Source: Marsupella aquatica (Eukaryota; Plantae; Marchantiophyta). Taken from it: DNA of 64,000 nt. Below the pieces are notes generated by a model. It did not search any database. It was not told the DNA's origin and saw nothing but the letters and a program-made list of their open reading frames with translations. The stretch lies in contig OZ316898.1 of assembly GCA_973895155.1 (NCBI GenBank), positions 3,658,480-3,722,479 of the forward strand, read 5' to 3'. The position numbers were made by a program, and so were the translations under genes. Of the stretch, positions 49,234 to 61,569 are shown piece after piece (position 1 is the first letter of the stretch; every line of letters begins with the position of its first letter).

Positions 49234-49851
49234 CGCTAAGTAGTAGACAGCTCCACACTGATTGCTTCACTTCACCACCACCACAGCCACCGCCACACCA
49301 CAAAAGGACGCCGCCCTACCTTCCGACGACCGAATGAGTCTGCAAACAATAGCAATCACCCGCCCACATGAGCTATGAAAGGAAGAATTCGTGAGAATTT
49401 GCGGATTGCTCTCTCTCCAAACTACAGTCGGTCTTCACTCTTCAATATCCAGATCTCACTGAGATGAGAAAGAACATATTTCTCTCGGCATGCTAGTAGA
49501 CCTTACCTCAGAGGCAACCCGTCTTCGGGACGAAAAATTACGATGCCAAAGCCGATGCGCAAGATCTTCTGCTCTGTTTTGGGGGATTCATTCGTCTTCT
49601 GGTGAAGCAATCCGCGGCGAAGCTGACTCGCCCATGTGCCGAATCACTATGTTTTAAGTATGAAGCTGCCGTAGCTGACAAGAGATAAGACTGCTCTCGG
49701 GCCAGCTATCATTCCCACCTGTAGCCACGAAACCACCTCAAAGAAAAGAGAGACGGCCAACTTCGTGAGGAATATGGGAATTTAGGGGATGTGGAATGAC
49801 AAACACCTACGATCTCAGACTTGTGTAAATTGAAGCCCAGATCTACCTCCA

Positions 49852-50560
49852 GTTTACCAAATTTGTTAAATGCCAAAATGCTAGGATCTACAGGACTTTT
49901 GTGGCTCCAAAATGCTACCAAAATTTGTAAATGCCAAAATGCTAGGATCTACTTCTGTGGCTCCAAAATGCTACCAAATTTGTAAATGCCAAAATGCTAG
50001 GATCTACTTCTGTGGCTCCAAAATGCTACCAAATTTGTAAATGCCAAAATGCTAGGATCTAATTCTGTGGCTCCAAAATGCTAGGACTTTTGCAGCCTGA
50101 TGAACTGAAACCTATTTTACTCTGACATCTAAACATTATTTGATTTTTAATATTGTAAAAGAGGAGAGGCAACGTTTACCAAAATGCTAAGATACAATTT
50201 GTGGCCTCAAAATGCTGGGATGGACTTTCGGTGCTTGATGGACTGAACCCTATTTTCCTCCAACATCTAAACATTGTTTACTTTTTCAATTTTCTAAAAG
50301 AAGAGGGCAAGTTTACCAAAAGGCTAAGTTATAATTTTGTGGCTCCAAAATGCAGGGATTGACTTTTGGTCCTCTGATGGACTGAACCATGTTTTCTTCT
50401 CACATCTGAACACTGTTTAGTTTTTCATTTTTCTAAAAGAAGAGGGCAACGTTTACCAAAAGGCTACGATAAACTTTTGTGGCTCCAATATGCTGGGATA
50501 GACTTTGGTGCTCTGATAGAGTGACCCTCTTTCCTTCTCACATCTAAAAAATGTTTTAAT
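49852..50560. repeat. Compound minisatellite: ~55-bp unit x4 followed by related ~140-bp unit x3
   Basis: aatttgtaaatgccaaaatgctaggatctacttctgtggctccaaaatgctacca at ~49860, 49921, 49976 and 50031; gtttaccaaaa.gcta units at 50174, 50311 and 50451. Confidence 0.9.
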
Positions 50561-50716
50561 TTTAATTTTTGTACGAGGGCAAAAGGTTACAGCAGGGCAG
50601 GGGCCAACTACCACGGAGGCTGAAGGTACAATAAAGGGCTCAGGAAGCCCAAAGACAAACTAGTTGGGCCTGGAGGCTTCGTGAAACCACAAACTAATAT
50701 CATTTTGGCCATCCTA

Positions 50717-51182
50717 CCCTCCACAAAATGGGCAAGAAGTGTACACTTCTCACCTCTTAGGAGAGTTGCATCTTGGTGTCAATCATTAAACTCATTTGGT
50801 GTCACATCTAAGTTACATCTAAACACTAATGCAATCCTACTTTTCTTTTCTCATTGTATGTCGATGAATAGTTATTCTGGTGGGAAGCCTCCTTGGCCAT
50901 TCAAGTAGGGTGAACTTTTTCCTAAGTGTGAGATGGGTCTAAAGGTGCCACTGTGCACCTGCCCTCCTCAAAAGGGGCAAGGAGTGTACACTTCTCACCT
51001 CTGAGGAGAGTTGCATCTTGGTGTCAATCATTAAACTCATTCGGTGTCACATCTAAGTCACATTTAAACACTAATGCAATCCTACTTTTTTTTTTCTCAT
51101 TGTCTGTTGATGAAGACTTATTCTGGTGGGAAGCTTCCCTGGCAGTTCAAGTGAGATGGGTCTAAAGGTGCCACTGTGCACT
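50717..51182. repeat. ~245-bp direct tandem repeat x2
   Basis: Units start at 50717 and 50962 (ccctcc.caaaa.gggcaag...gtgagatgggtctaaaggtgccactgtgcac). Confidence 0.9.
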
Positions 51183-54100
51183 TTTTCTGCTCCCAACCTG
51201 ACACTCTTCCCACTACTAGCACACTCCTTGAAATCCAGTTGCCAAGCTGAGTTGCTGACACTCCACAAAGTTGAATTGCCTGGCCACTTTGCTTATGCTC
51301 AAAAACATTTCCGTCCAACATAACTTACTATGGCATATATTGTACAATGCAGAGACTTGAGACTAGTAGTACATATTTATACACATGAGTGAAATGTCGG
51401 ACTAGTAGTACATAATACACCAATAAGTGAAATGCAACAAGAAAATGAGATAATCATCTTTGGAACTTTGTAATTTTCTCAATTGTCAATGAAATTTGAA
51501 TATATTAGGCTCATTGGAGAGATATTTTCAACACTCTTCTAGTGAACCCAAAACAATAAGGTTTGGTTGGATATTGAGGTCTCTCAATACTCAATAAAAT
51601 TTCAAGATATTAGGCTCATTGGAGAGGGAAGGTTAGTCCACCTACAGTTAGTGCTCCTAACAGGTTTTATTTATTTGCTAAGTGTGCGCAAAGAAGGTTA
51701 GTCCACATATGATTTGTGGTCCCAACAGGTTTCATTTATTTACTATTACTTCAAAGAGGCAATGTAACAACTTGGAAGTGTTGTCAAGTAACAGGGTTGA
51801 TTGCACACATCTCCATGCTGGCATTGCTGATTTCTGTAATTTGGGGGGACACAAATGTATCCATCTTCCTATTGATATGTGCATGCCTGATGTACGTTGA
51901 CTTGGCATTCTGCTGGAAATAATTATGGACATTAATTGCTAGGTTTGGCTTGGCCATATGGTCAGTGGTGATCTCTAGATCGACATCCATGCTACCCGAG
52001 ATGCCACCTGTGTATAACTTGGTCAAATATCTTGTCTGCCCGCTATAGATTAGAGGTGAGCAACAGCAACAGCAACAGCAAATGTGAAGTGGAAGTCACA
52101 TGAGTGGGAGCGAACGATGTTTTGGAGACGACATTTTGCAGAGACTTCTGATTATACTAGATGCCGTCGTCTGTATAATCTGGAGATGCAAACGACAAGC
52201 AAGGACACGTAACTGTATGTGCAGATTTGACATGTAGCATATTCACAAATTTGGTGTGATAGCTCTCCTTGCTTTTTGCTAGCAGACTTGGGAGTGTTAA
52301 GGGCCATATTTTATAGGGCCGCTAACATGCAAGTTGGGCCTAAAGGTGTGCAACCAGTGTGAAACAGAGCTAGGATGCAGAAGTTAAAAACATTTGCCTC
52401 TAGGCAGATACCTACAACATTGCCTGGATGGCAGCCAGGAGGACCACAGACAAAGGAGTGTGTGAAGCCAAGGGGCATAGAGTTGGGGGTCATACAGCCT
52501 GAGGTTTTGGCCAATTTTTATTGGAAACTCAGGAGGACATATACTCATAGTTTGAAGTTAGTTTGACAAGGCGTCTACACTGATGGGTGCGGGGGCTTGC
52601 AGGCTGTCCAAGTCTGGTCTGAGAAGTGGATCCTGAGCATTTTCATTTTGGGTGATGTTTTGGGGGCTGTATGGATGTTAGTTTCAAGGTAAGTTTTTGG
52701 CCAAGCCAAGAACAGAAGTTTCCAGGGTGAAGGCCGGGCTTGGCAACTGATTCCAAAGGTATGCAGAGATGGCAAAACCCCGGGAAAAATAGAGTGATGC
52801 CCAATTATGACCATTTGCCTTTTGGCCAACAATCAAAGATGTTGTCCTTACGGCAAATGAAGAGCAAAGAGCCAATCAGCCTGAGAGTCTCCAGCAAGGG
52901 TCCCCCACATATGCAAAGGAAAACCCTAGCCTACTAAGTATCAAACTGAAAAGGCTTACAGAGCTCCTAGGCACACCACATAGGAGGGTCAAAAAGAAGA
53001 ATCTATCTAGAAACCCTAAAACCAATAGCCTCGGCCCTATGAAACATAGGGAATGTCTGAGCCCTCTGTAGTGTAGCAGACTCTTGCTATCTAAATTAAT
53101 TTGTGGACCCCCATGTTATTTTAGAGGCAATTATCTTGAAACTGAAGCCTAGATGGACCTCCAAATCTAAAAATAAATAAATTCAAAAATGGATAAGTCA
53201 ATGTTTGACACTTGAAACAGTTGCCAAACTTACCAAGGCAACCATAATTAACATCAATTGCAAAACCAGCTGCAATGTGAACTACTGTTTAATATGTGGG
53301 TAGCTTAATTGCCCACTTAAGCAAAATGGTGTTTGACGGTTTCCTTCACAGTACCGAAAGGATGTTGGATGCACTCAAGTTGCATAGAAAGTAATCACTT
53401 TTCAATTCCTACACGCAGATAGACAAAGAGAGAGAAGGCATTGGTGTGACCAAATCACTAATTTCGCATAATTGTTTAAGACAAAAAGTTTCATGGAAAC
53501 AAATCTCCAATTGTGTTATTTGGGATCGATTGAAAGCTAGAGAAGTTTAGAAACTAAGGACCACTTTAGTACTTGATAAAATCTCCCAAGGTTACACTCA
53601 TTGGAAAGCTAGAGAACATTGGAAACTTATAATCTCCTCAAAACTCAACTAAATCTATCAATGTTAAGTTCATAAAAATGCTAAAGAAATTCTAAAGTTC
53701 ATAATCTCCTTAGTACTTGATAAAATCTGTCAATTTTAAGTTCATTATCATGGAAGGGGGGTTGTACAACAAAATATTTCTATTCACGTTAGAGATTATG
53801 AAATCAAGGGTAAAATTTATTTTTCAAATTACTTACGCAATTCTTACCAAATGGTGACAATGTTGAGCTCATCACGACCACTCTTCAAGATCTTTCTAAT
53901 GTCATATTATAAGTGAGTTTTCATTATGATTTGACTCAGCAATGTCAAATCAAAAATTCCTACCAGGAAAATTTTATGTTTTGAATAAAATCAAAATATA
54001 AATAAAACCATTATTGGGAACAATTTTACCTCAATCTTTTTGTCTTTTGATTTGTATGTCAGTTTTTTTTACATTCTTTTTTACAGCACGGAATCCTAGT

Positions 54101-54959
54101 TTTTACAGCAAACTTGCCACAAACATGAATACATAAGTTAATTTTATGCAAAAATTAGTTCGTGGACCCCTTGGCTAATAAAATCAGGGGGAAGAGTCGA
54201 TGTGAGCCGTCTCCATTTCTTATCTCCGGAAATTTTGTCCGTCCATCATAATGGCCAATCCTATGGCTCAAAAGAAAGATCTCAAATAGATCTATGGATG
54301 GGTTCTGTCCGTTATGCAAATGGGTTAATATTTTTAAAATGAAAAATTAAACAAATCCAAGCTTTCCTAGCCGTCGATTTTGTTGATTTTACGATCTTTG
54401 CCGTCCATTTTGTAATGTCATTTTGTCCGATCTTGGGTTTCTATGTGCTCTTCCCAGCATTAATGGCCGTACAATATGAGAGGTCCTTACATACCGGGAG
54501 TTGCGGTTTAACAAGGAAGTTATCAAGTTAGTTATTAGTCATTATTTATTATATGAAAAATACTTTTTATAAATCTTTGAATTTAAGTTTTAAAATTGAA
54601 AATGTAACTAAAACGGTTACATAGTGACAGTTTTAATCGTCTTGCTCTTTGTATTTCCAATGTTTTTACTTTTCTTTTTACGGCACGACGTCCCAAAATT
54701 TACACCCAAATTGACACAAACACGAATGAAAACTATAAGTTTGATCCTCTAGTGGGGTCCGTAATAAGTCTCTTTTTGTTTGCAGCGTGCCATGATGATG
54801 TGGCGCACTGTGGAGCCAAGAATTTTGCAAAGGACCCCTAATGGGGATCCATAATAAGGTATTGAGGATAGAAACTAAGGATAAATCCTCACTCTACACA
54901 AAAGATCACAAATGCTGATAAAAAATGATCAAGGATAGGGAGTAGAGCCCCCAAAAGAC

Positions 54960-55400
54960 TTCCAAAGGGGTTGGAACAAGTCTCCAAGGTAACAAGCAAC
55001 ATTTGCCTCCTCCTTGAGCCACCCATACATGGGTAACTATTGCAAAATTGTTCCTGCAATTAGGATCTGCAACCACCACATCCTCAAGGGCACAATCTTT
55101 TGTCTTGCAGAAGACCAGATCAGCTCGCTGATTGTCAGGAATATCATCCCGAATGGAAACACATTCCAATGCTCCATAGTGACATGGTGTCCCGAGTCTT
55201 TTGCAATGACCATCACCATATCACATATGTCATAGTGTGTCACAATCTTGTCACTTCCATGATCACATATGAAATTTATGGTCTCCCTCCAGATCCCTTC
55301 CATGATCACACATAAAATTAATAGTCTCCATCCAAATCCAAAGACCCCAGAACACAAGTGCGTTGGCCCAAGAAGCGCAGGTCAAATAGCTTTTCTATCT
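54960..55400 (-). mobile_element. Degenerate remnant of an RLE-type (CRE/R2-group) non-LTR retrotransposon: CCHC knuckle + restriction-like endonuclease
   Basis: Across frameshifts the minus strand reads TCVLGSLDLDGD..., CDHGSDKIVTHYDICDMVMVIAKDSGHHVTMEH..., NQRADLVF...LEDVVVADP. This matches the C.CG..LD..G.H...C / R...HD.IRD / R.D / DV.V.DP pattern. Confidence 0.6.
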
Positions 55401-55921
55401 TCAATGAATGTCAGCCGTCACATCATGCCAAGAGAACTTCCCCTATAATCTGGACTCTCCATATCTATTTCAGAATCCAACTTTACCAAAGCGTGTCCTT
55501 GGATCAGTGAGTGTCAAACACTCTCTCATCTCCCTCACATACTTATCCCAAGTTATCCACCTCAATGGAAACCTTAAAGGTTTATTGACTTTGGCTACCG
55601 CATGTGGTGCAGGAAATTTGGGGCAGAACGTTTTCAAGCATGATGCAAATTGTTTTCAATGTTGGTTATAGATAGGCAGCTTGGTCAGATTGAATTGTAG
55701 TTCCTACGTACGCTTTCTCCTCACTTACTCAAACTTTGAGCGAAATATGACATGAATGTCCAGCGATGTTAAATTATTCCTTCTCTACTGACAAGCGCAA
55801 AGTTTAGACACACCTAGGTCTATCTATTCTGAATGCAGTTTAGACAACAAACTCATGATCCTGCGCTGCACTAACCAATTCACCAACCAGAGACGGCACT
55901 GACAGAACTCTGGATAACTCA

Positions 55922-56086
55922 TCAAGTGGTCAAAGTCCCAAATGAACTACCCAAGGCGTCAGTGGCTAATTGAGATTCGGGGTTGATTAACTGCCTGCAG
56001 CGCCCAGTGCCCTTGCACATATCACACTCTGAAACCTCTCCAGCTCCCTGACTTAAAGAGTACTCCATTGGGTCTTGTATAAGAGT
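55922..56086 (-). pseudogene. SIRB: Last exon of the second SIRB copy (upstream exons not in window)
   Basis: TLIQDPMEYSLSQGAGEVSECDMCKGTGRC..., 165 nt like copy A exon 5, with an intact acceptor. It has C>S and R>P substitutions, and intron homology ends at 56212. Confidence 0.75.
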
Positions 56087-59000
56087 CTGCTCAAACAGAC
56101 AGCCGAACAAAAAAGAAATTAGAACCGGTTATTGTGGATACAAACGTTCTTTCCACTGGTTGTCTCCAAATACTCATAACATCCCCACAAAAGCAACAGC
56201 AGCATAACAGTGATCTTCAGTTTGTAAGATATTGATGTTCAAGGATGTAGGATTGAGTGAGAGGTGTCCAAAATGTGCCAAGATTTCCAGTGGATAACTA
56301 GCTTGAATGTATGTTGGAGATCACACAAAACAATTTTAAGCTCAAACTGCATTCAATTACTCATCCAATGAAATGTTGAGGCTAGTTTATAAAAAACAAC
56401 ATTTTGTAGGTTCTGTGGCACCCGGAGTCAAGTAACGGTGCAACGGTGCCCTGTATAGCGGAAGCCGACCCAACAATGACTTCAACAAACTTCATAGATT
56501 TTTATTTTTATATTGACCGCCTAGCATTTGAGGGGCCTGGTCAAGTACTAAATTCATCTTTGTGGTCCATTAAGTCCATAAGATGCTGAAGGGCCTGGTT
56601 AAGTCCTTTCCTACCCTGAGACAAAACCTAGTGTATCCAGGTCACCTTAATGAATCTTAAATGTAATTAACAAACTAAAACCAAGACAGTGAGCAAAAAA
56701 TGGCTATCTTAAGTCCCACACCTCCCATACAATAGTAGTGTGACAACTTAAAACCACAGATATATAATTCAAATTCCTGATGAACAAAGTAAAGCCTAAA
56801 TGAGAGACAAGATGCCAAAGGCTGGAGGACCAATAAAGAGAGAACACCAGACAGTGAAAAACTCAAGAAAACCAGGCAGCCCACAAGCCCGTCACCAAAC
56901 TAACAAACTAAAGCCTTAATAAGCAAAAAGGAGTTTACTAAAGCCCTACCTAGTAGCCGAGGTGTTGTATAATGTGAGCAAACAGAAATTTTGTTAGCTA
57001 GACACTAATGATTTTAAATTTCTTTTGCTTTTTGCTGTCTTGTATAGATTTTGTGTTTTTTTATGAATCCAGATGGCTAGCGAGTTTTCTAGAAAAAGAG
57101 TAATCCCAAAAATGTATGTTATCACCCAGGTTCTTGTTAGTGAGTCAATTGGAGATGGAAAAATCAGGGGTCATCTGAGGAAAAATTTTGCTCATGCGAG
57201 GAAACTTTTTACTGTTTGCTCGCATGTCACCCCCTAGGAGTGTGCAACAACAAGGCCTACCTACCCTCAAACTAAAAAGCTTAGGGGCCCCTAAAACTCC
57301 GAAAAGCAACTCTGACAAGCTTCATAAAGCTATGGAGTCATAGGTGCAAAAGTGGTCTGAACCCTAGTTCAGCCATGATAAAGGCCTAAGGTCTTTGCAT
57401 GCAAGCATTACGTCATTTATGATAATCTCAAACTTCAGAGCATTCAAGTTCGGCCACATTCCATTTGCAGGCAGCGGCCGACATTTGTTTTACAAAATCC
57501 GGACCTCTTGTTCGCGAATTTGACAGTCCATCGCATTTGCATGTTGAGTCTTAATTTTGGTTATTCAGTTTGTCATTGACGAGCTCATCAATTCAATGAC
57601 GGGGAGGGTAGTAAAAGAGAGACGGTCCGGCTAGGATCAAGGAGGTCTTCCTGTTGATGCGTAGTGCCGTGCCGCAATTTACTTTCTCTGACTAAAAATT
57701 TGCGACATCTCCATCTAGGAGAGTCACGCTCGGAATTTTAATTCTGCAGTTGTGGTCTGGTTAAATTTGTATGACCATCAAGTCCTTTCGATGTCGTCTG
57801 TGCTGAAGGAGTAATGATCTGTGCAGGTTTCTTTTGCATCGGGTGGATCATTCTGTCTCGTGACGAGCCACCCTCCGACCTCTGCTTACCTTACCAGTGG
57901 ACCTCACAACCATGCGCTGGTAAGGGTTACCGGGCACTGATTTCTCATGTCTCTTCTCATACTGCTGCGAGGTGCTATTAATGAACTTGTCTGCGAATGG
58001 TCAGTTACGTGAAATGATTCAAAGAGTGGTGTATAATGGTTTGGTTTGGTTTGACGCACGTGGCTTTCTTCAGACGCCGATTGACGCGCTCATCTGTAAG
58101 TTTAACCATTTCGATCGATTGCGGTGTTGTGATCAGTTGTTCATATTTTCTTCTTATATGTTAAAATGAAGAAATGTTAAAATGCAGAAAGTGTTTCCGG
58201 CCTCACGTCCTGACTCAGATCTCTGTCTTTCCTTCCTTCTCGATCTCGTAGCTAGGCTACCTTCGGTTCTCCTTCTTGGGTGCTCTCTCAGTTCCGAGCT
58301 TCTCGTTCCACTGTCTTGCAAGCCGTCGTGCTCGGAATCCTTCCTTTCAAATGTGATTTGAATGTGATATTCAGGTGTAATGCAAGAAACCGCTTGCTTC
58401 ATCGCTATCCTCCTTGTTTGCCCCGTGATCCTCTGAATTGAGCATTCTTCCTTAATCGACTGTCCTGCCTGCTAGCTCGCGAAAGACAACTTCAATGGCT
58501 ACTCTTTCCTTCAGTCCAACTTGTTCCTGTACTATAGCCGTCTCACTCGATCCCTTCTGCGCAGTCTGTTGCTCGCCCTAGCTTCCTTAACCGTGCTCAA
58601 CCTTTTCTTCGTGTGTTTTAGAGGCTGCGCTCAATCTAGCGGAATCTGCGTACGTACTTCTCACTCGCCAAATGTCTTCAGATACTTGTGCGTCACAGAT
58701 TTCCATGGAGTTATGCTGGTGCTCGCTCCTTCAGCTCCATAGCCCTGTCAAGCACCCCTCTCAAGAGATACGTACCCCTTCCCTCCTTTCTGTTGGATGA
58801 GTAAGCACTCACACACTGCAACTATTTCACACTGGCCTCTGAGATATTTTGAAAGTTTCGAGAAGTAGTACAGACATTTCGGAGTTCTTTGTCACAACCG
58901 TCGATGAAGACTGAACTGTGAGTCGTGGTAGGAACGATTGGAAAATGCATTCCCGGGAGTAACTCATTGGCCCGCAGAACTACAGTTCGGCCTTATGACT

Positions 59001-61523
59001 TGATGGCAGGATTGATATCTCGTTTTAGTTGCCCATGCGTAGATCATGTACTGTCGTTGACTACTTCTCATATGTGATGCATTATGGGAAATGGGACTAA
59101 GGCAAGAATCTGAATTTCTAACCCCACGTGATTAGTGTTGGGAATGGGTCTTGGCAGCTTAGAGTCAATAACTGCTCGATGTCGTTGACGAGCACCAGTC
59201 TGGTGTAGAGCCGTCGAATGGCCACTTTGGGTGATTCGTAATCCCTCTTAAAACGAGAATAGCATAATTTGCTTGCGTTGTTCAATAAGCGATACTCCAT
59301 GTAAGCAGGAAAGAGTGCATGAATCAAGAATTGGGTGAGTCAAGATGGCAGCAACGATGGCAGGCACTCTTCCCCGGCGTCGTATCGTCACCGTTGTAAT
59401 CCTAGGAAACGGGTTGTGGGGCTTTGTGCAGTTCTATCGATAGCCGTCAAGAGAGTCATGATCCTATAGCTTTGAAGAGGATGAGAGCAGCTGATACTTC
59501 AGAGTTCAATTTAGTAGCCACTGATGCGTCCAGTACTACTCTTTCCATTTCCGACGCCGGAAGGAGCCTCTCGCAATTCTCAACGTTAGATTATAACCAG
59601 TTTTGAAGGCTAGCTCGACGTCTGTGAATCCGGGACAATGTAAGGGGTGTGACTGTTTGATATGGGGAATGTACCCAATACTTGACATGGAACAATCGTT
59701 AAGTTAGTACTTGAACGCCTTGACATGAAGTTTCATTTAAACTTTTAATTACGTTGCCACACTACAGTAGACTGGAATAACAATACAAAGGAAAATGAGG
59801 ACGGGATAGATGAAAACAAAACGTCAGGAATTTCCTATGGATAGTTCTGGATGAGATATGAGACTATATCTCATATGATTCCAGAACTATCCATATGAGA
59901 ATCGGACTATATTCTTATATTCTGGCTCCGTAATATGATTGTGTCTCAGAGGTAATCATCGGATTCCCTGCAGAATATGTTGTAGCCCTGCTGGTAATCA
60001 CACATCAAAATGTGGCTGCAGGGCTCCCCCACTTTGGGACTCTAGACAGCGTGGGCAAGGGACAGGAGGCAAGGGACAGGACTTCGTCGCCGTCAGATCT
60101 ATCTTGAAGCCGCCTTCTGCAAGGGTCTGGGCCGTCCGGTGTTCTCCCCAGTGAGCCCCGAGCGACAACAGAGGACCAACGGCCATTTGTGGGGGTCGTG
60201 GCTCTACTTGTTGGCGGTAAGCTGTGCTGTTGGATCTTTGAGGAGATAACCTGCCTAGATCTGGACCGTTCCCTTTGTCCCCAGCTCTGAGCGCCTCGAG
60301 GTAGTTTCCTCTCGGCTCGAGAGTTTAGAGCTACGGCTATGTGTGGTCCCACGTGCCTGAGAGAATGTTCTCGAGTTTACTACTCACGTTTTTCATATTA
60401 TTATTCTGAACTCAGCCCCAGAACAAGTTTTATTTTTTTTCCATTCACTACCGGCGGTCCTGCATTTGGCAAAGAAGAGTAGTAGTTGTATTCTCCCAAA
60501 GATTGGTGTTATACAAAAGAATAGGTGTCCAACACCAAAGTCAAACAATTTCCACTTCAAAAAAGAATTAATATTTTCTGAAAACTGAAAAAATGCATCC
60601 TTGGAATCTGATGGTTCTAATGGCTGGACCCGAACCCTCCAACTGCTGTTTGGCTGTAGTAATCTGATATGTCCATCTCCAGTGTGATCTACACTACCTC
60701 TCAAATGAAAGATCTTGTTCAGGATTCTTGTTCATTTTTTCATTATTAAAAAAAGGTTTGTAAAGGCTTAAGAGAGTTTTATATATTCTAATCTAGATAT
60801 CACCTGGACTGGTTCTGCTTCCCCTGTAGGTGATCGAGGCCCTAGATTCCACTCTTCTCTGGACCTTGTCCGTTTGTATCAATTACACATCTCCTAATCA
60901 TACCTTACTCTCCTCTCATCTATAGCTAGATGTAATTTCCAGGAAGGTAACAGCCCATCATTCTCAAGAGGGGATGAGCTATCGAGGTGAGCCCCCAAGT
61001 ACGTTTCTGAAACATTCAATTTACCTTTAAACTGTAAATTATCTGACTTGCCTGGTGCTACTTGCCTGTTCTTCAAATTTGAGAAACCTCAAGACAGGAA
61101 GGCATAAGGTTTTGTAATTTCTATGCAAATTTTAGAACTGTTACAGGTGCACACAGTTAAACTCACTTGACATAGTTTGGAGCATAATAGAAGGATGAAA
61201 TTAGATTGTGGACCCCTGCCTACTGCCGATTGGTTTGCAGGTTAGAAGAACCTTGTCGAACATTTTAACCTCCTTTCAATGCTCTCTAGTTGGACAACCC
61301 AGAAAAGTGATCCCATCACAAATTCCACCCATCCACACAACAGCTCACTTGGATTCCAAAATGCATTTGTCTACATCAGGATTGATTCTATGTAACCTCC
61401 GTCTCCTCTCCTTTGCTGCACTGGCTGCCCTCGATATGCTATAGACACCAGATTGACCACTGACCAGACCACAACGCTTTGATTGAATTATACTTGATCG
61501 AGCTCTACACCAAGTCTCTCAGG

Positions 61524-61527
61524 GTCT

Positions 61528-61566
<39 letters not shown>
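61524..61566. repeat. (CT)n microsatellite
   Basis: About 20 CT units with one interruption. Confidence 0.95.

Positions 61567-61569
<3 letters not shown>

Larger units (their letters stand above)
35860..56212. repeat. Tandem segmental duplication, copy B (probably continues beyond the window)
   Basis: Same blocks as copy A. Homology starts at ttcacaac (35860, intron 1 of the small-TM gene) and is last seen in SIRB intron 4 at cagcataacagtg (56212). Confidence 0.93.

Noticed and set aside
49852-50100. Regular repeats as a CRISPR array (also 11740-12020)
   Set aside because: Units are head-to-tail without unique spacers, there are no cas genes, and the context is eukaryotic.
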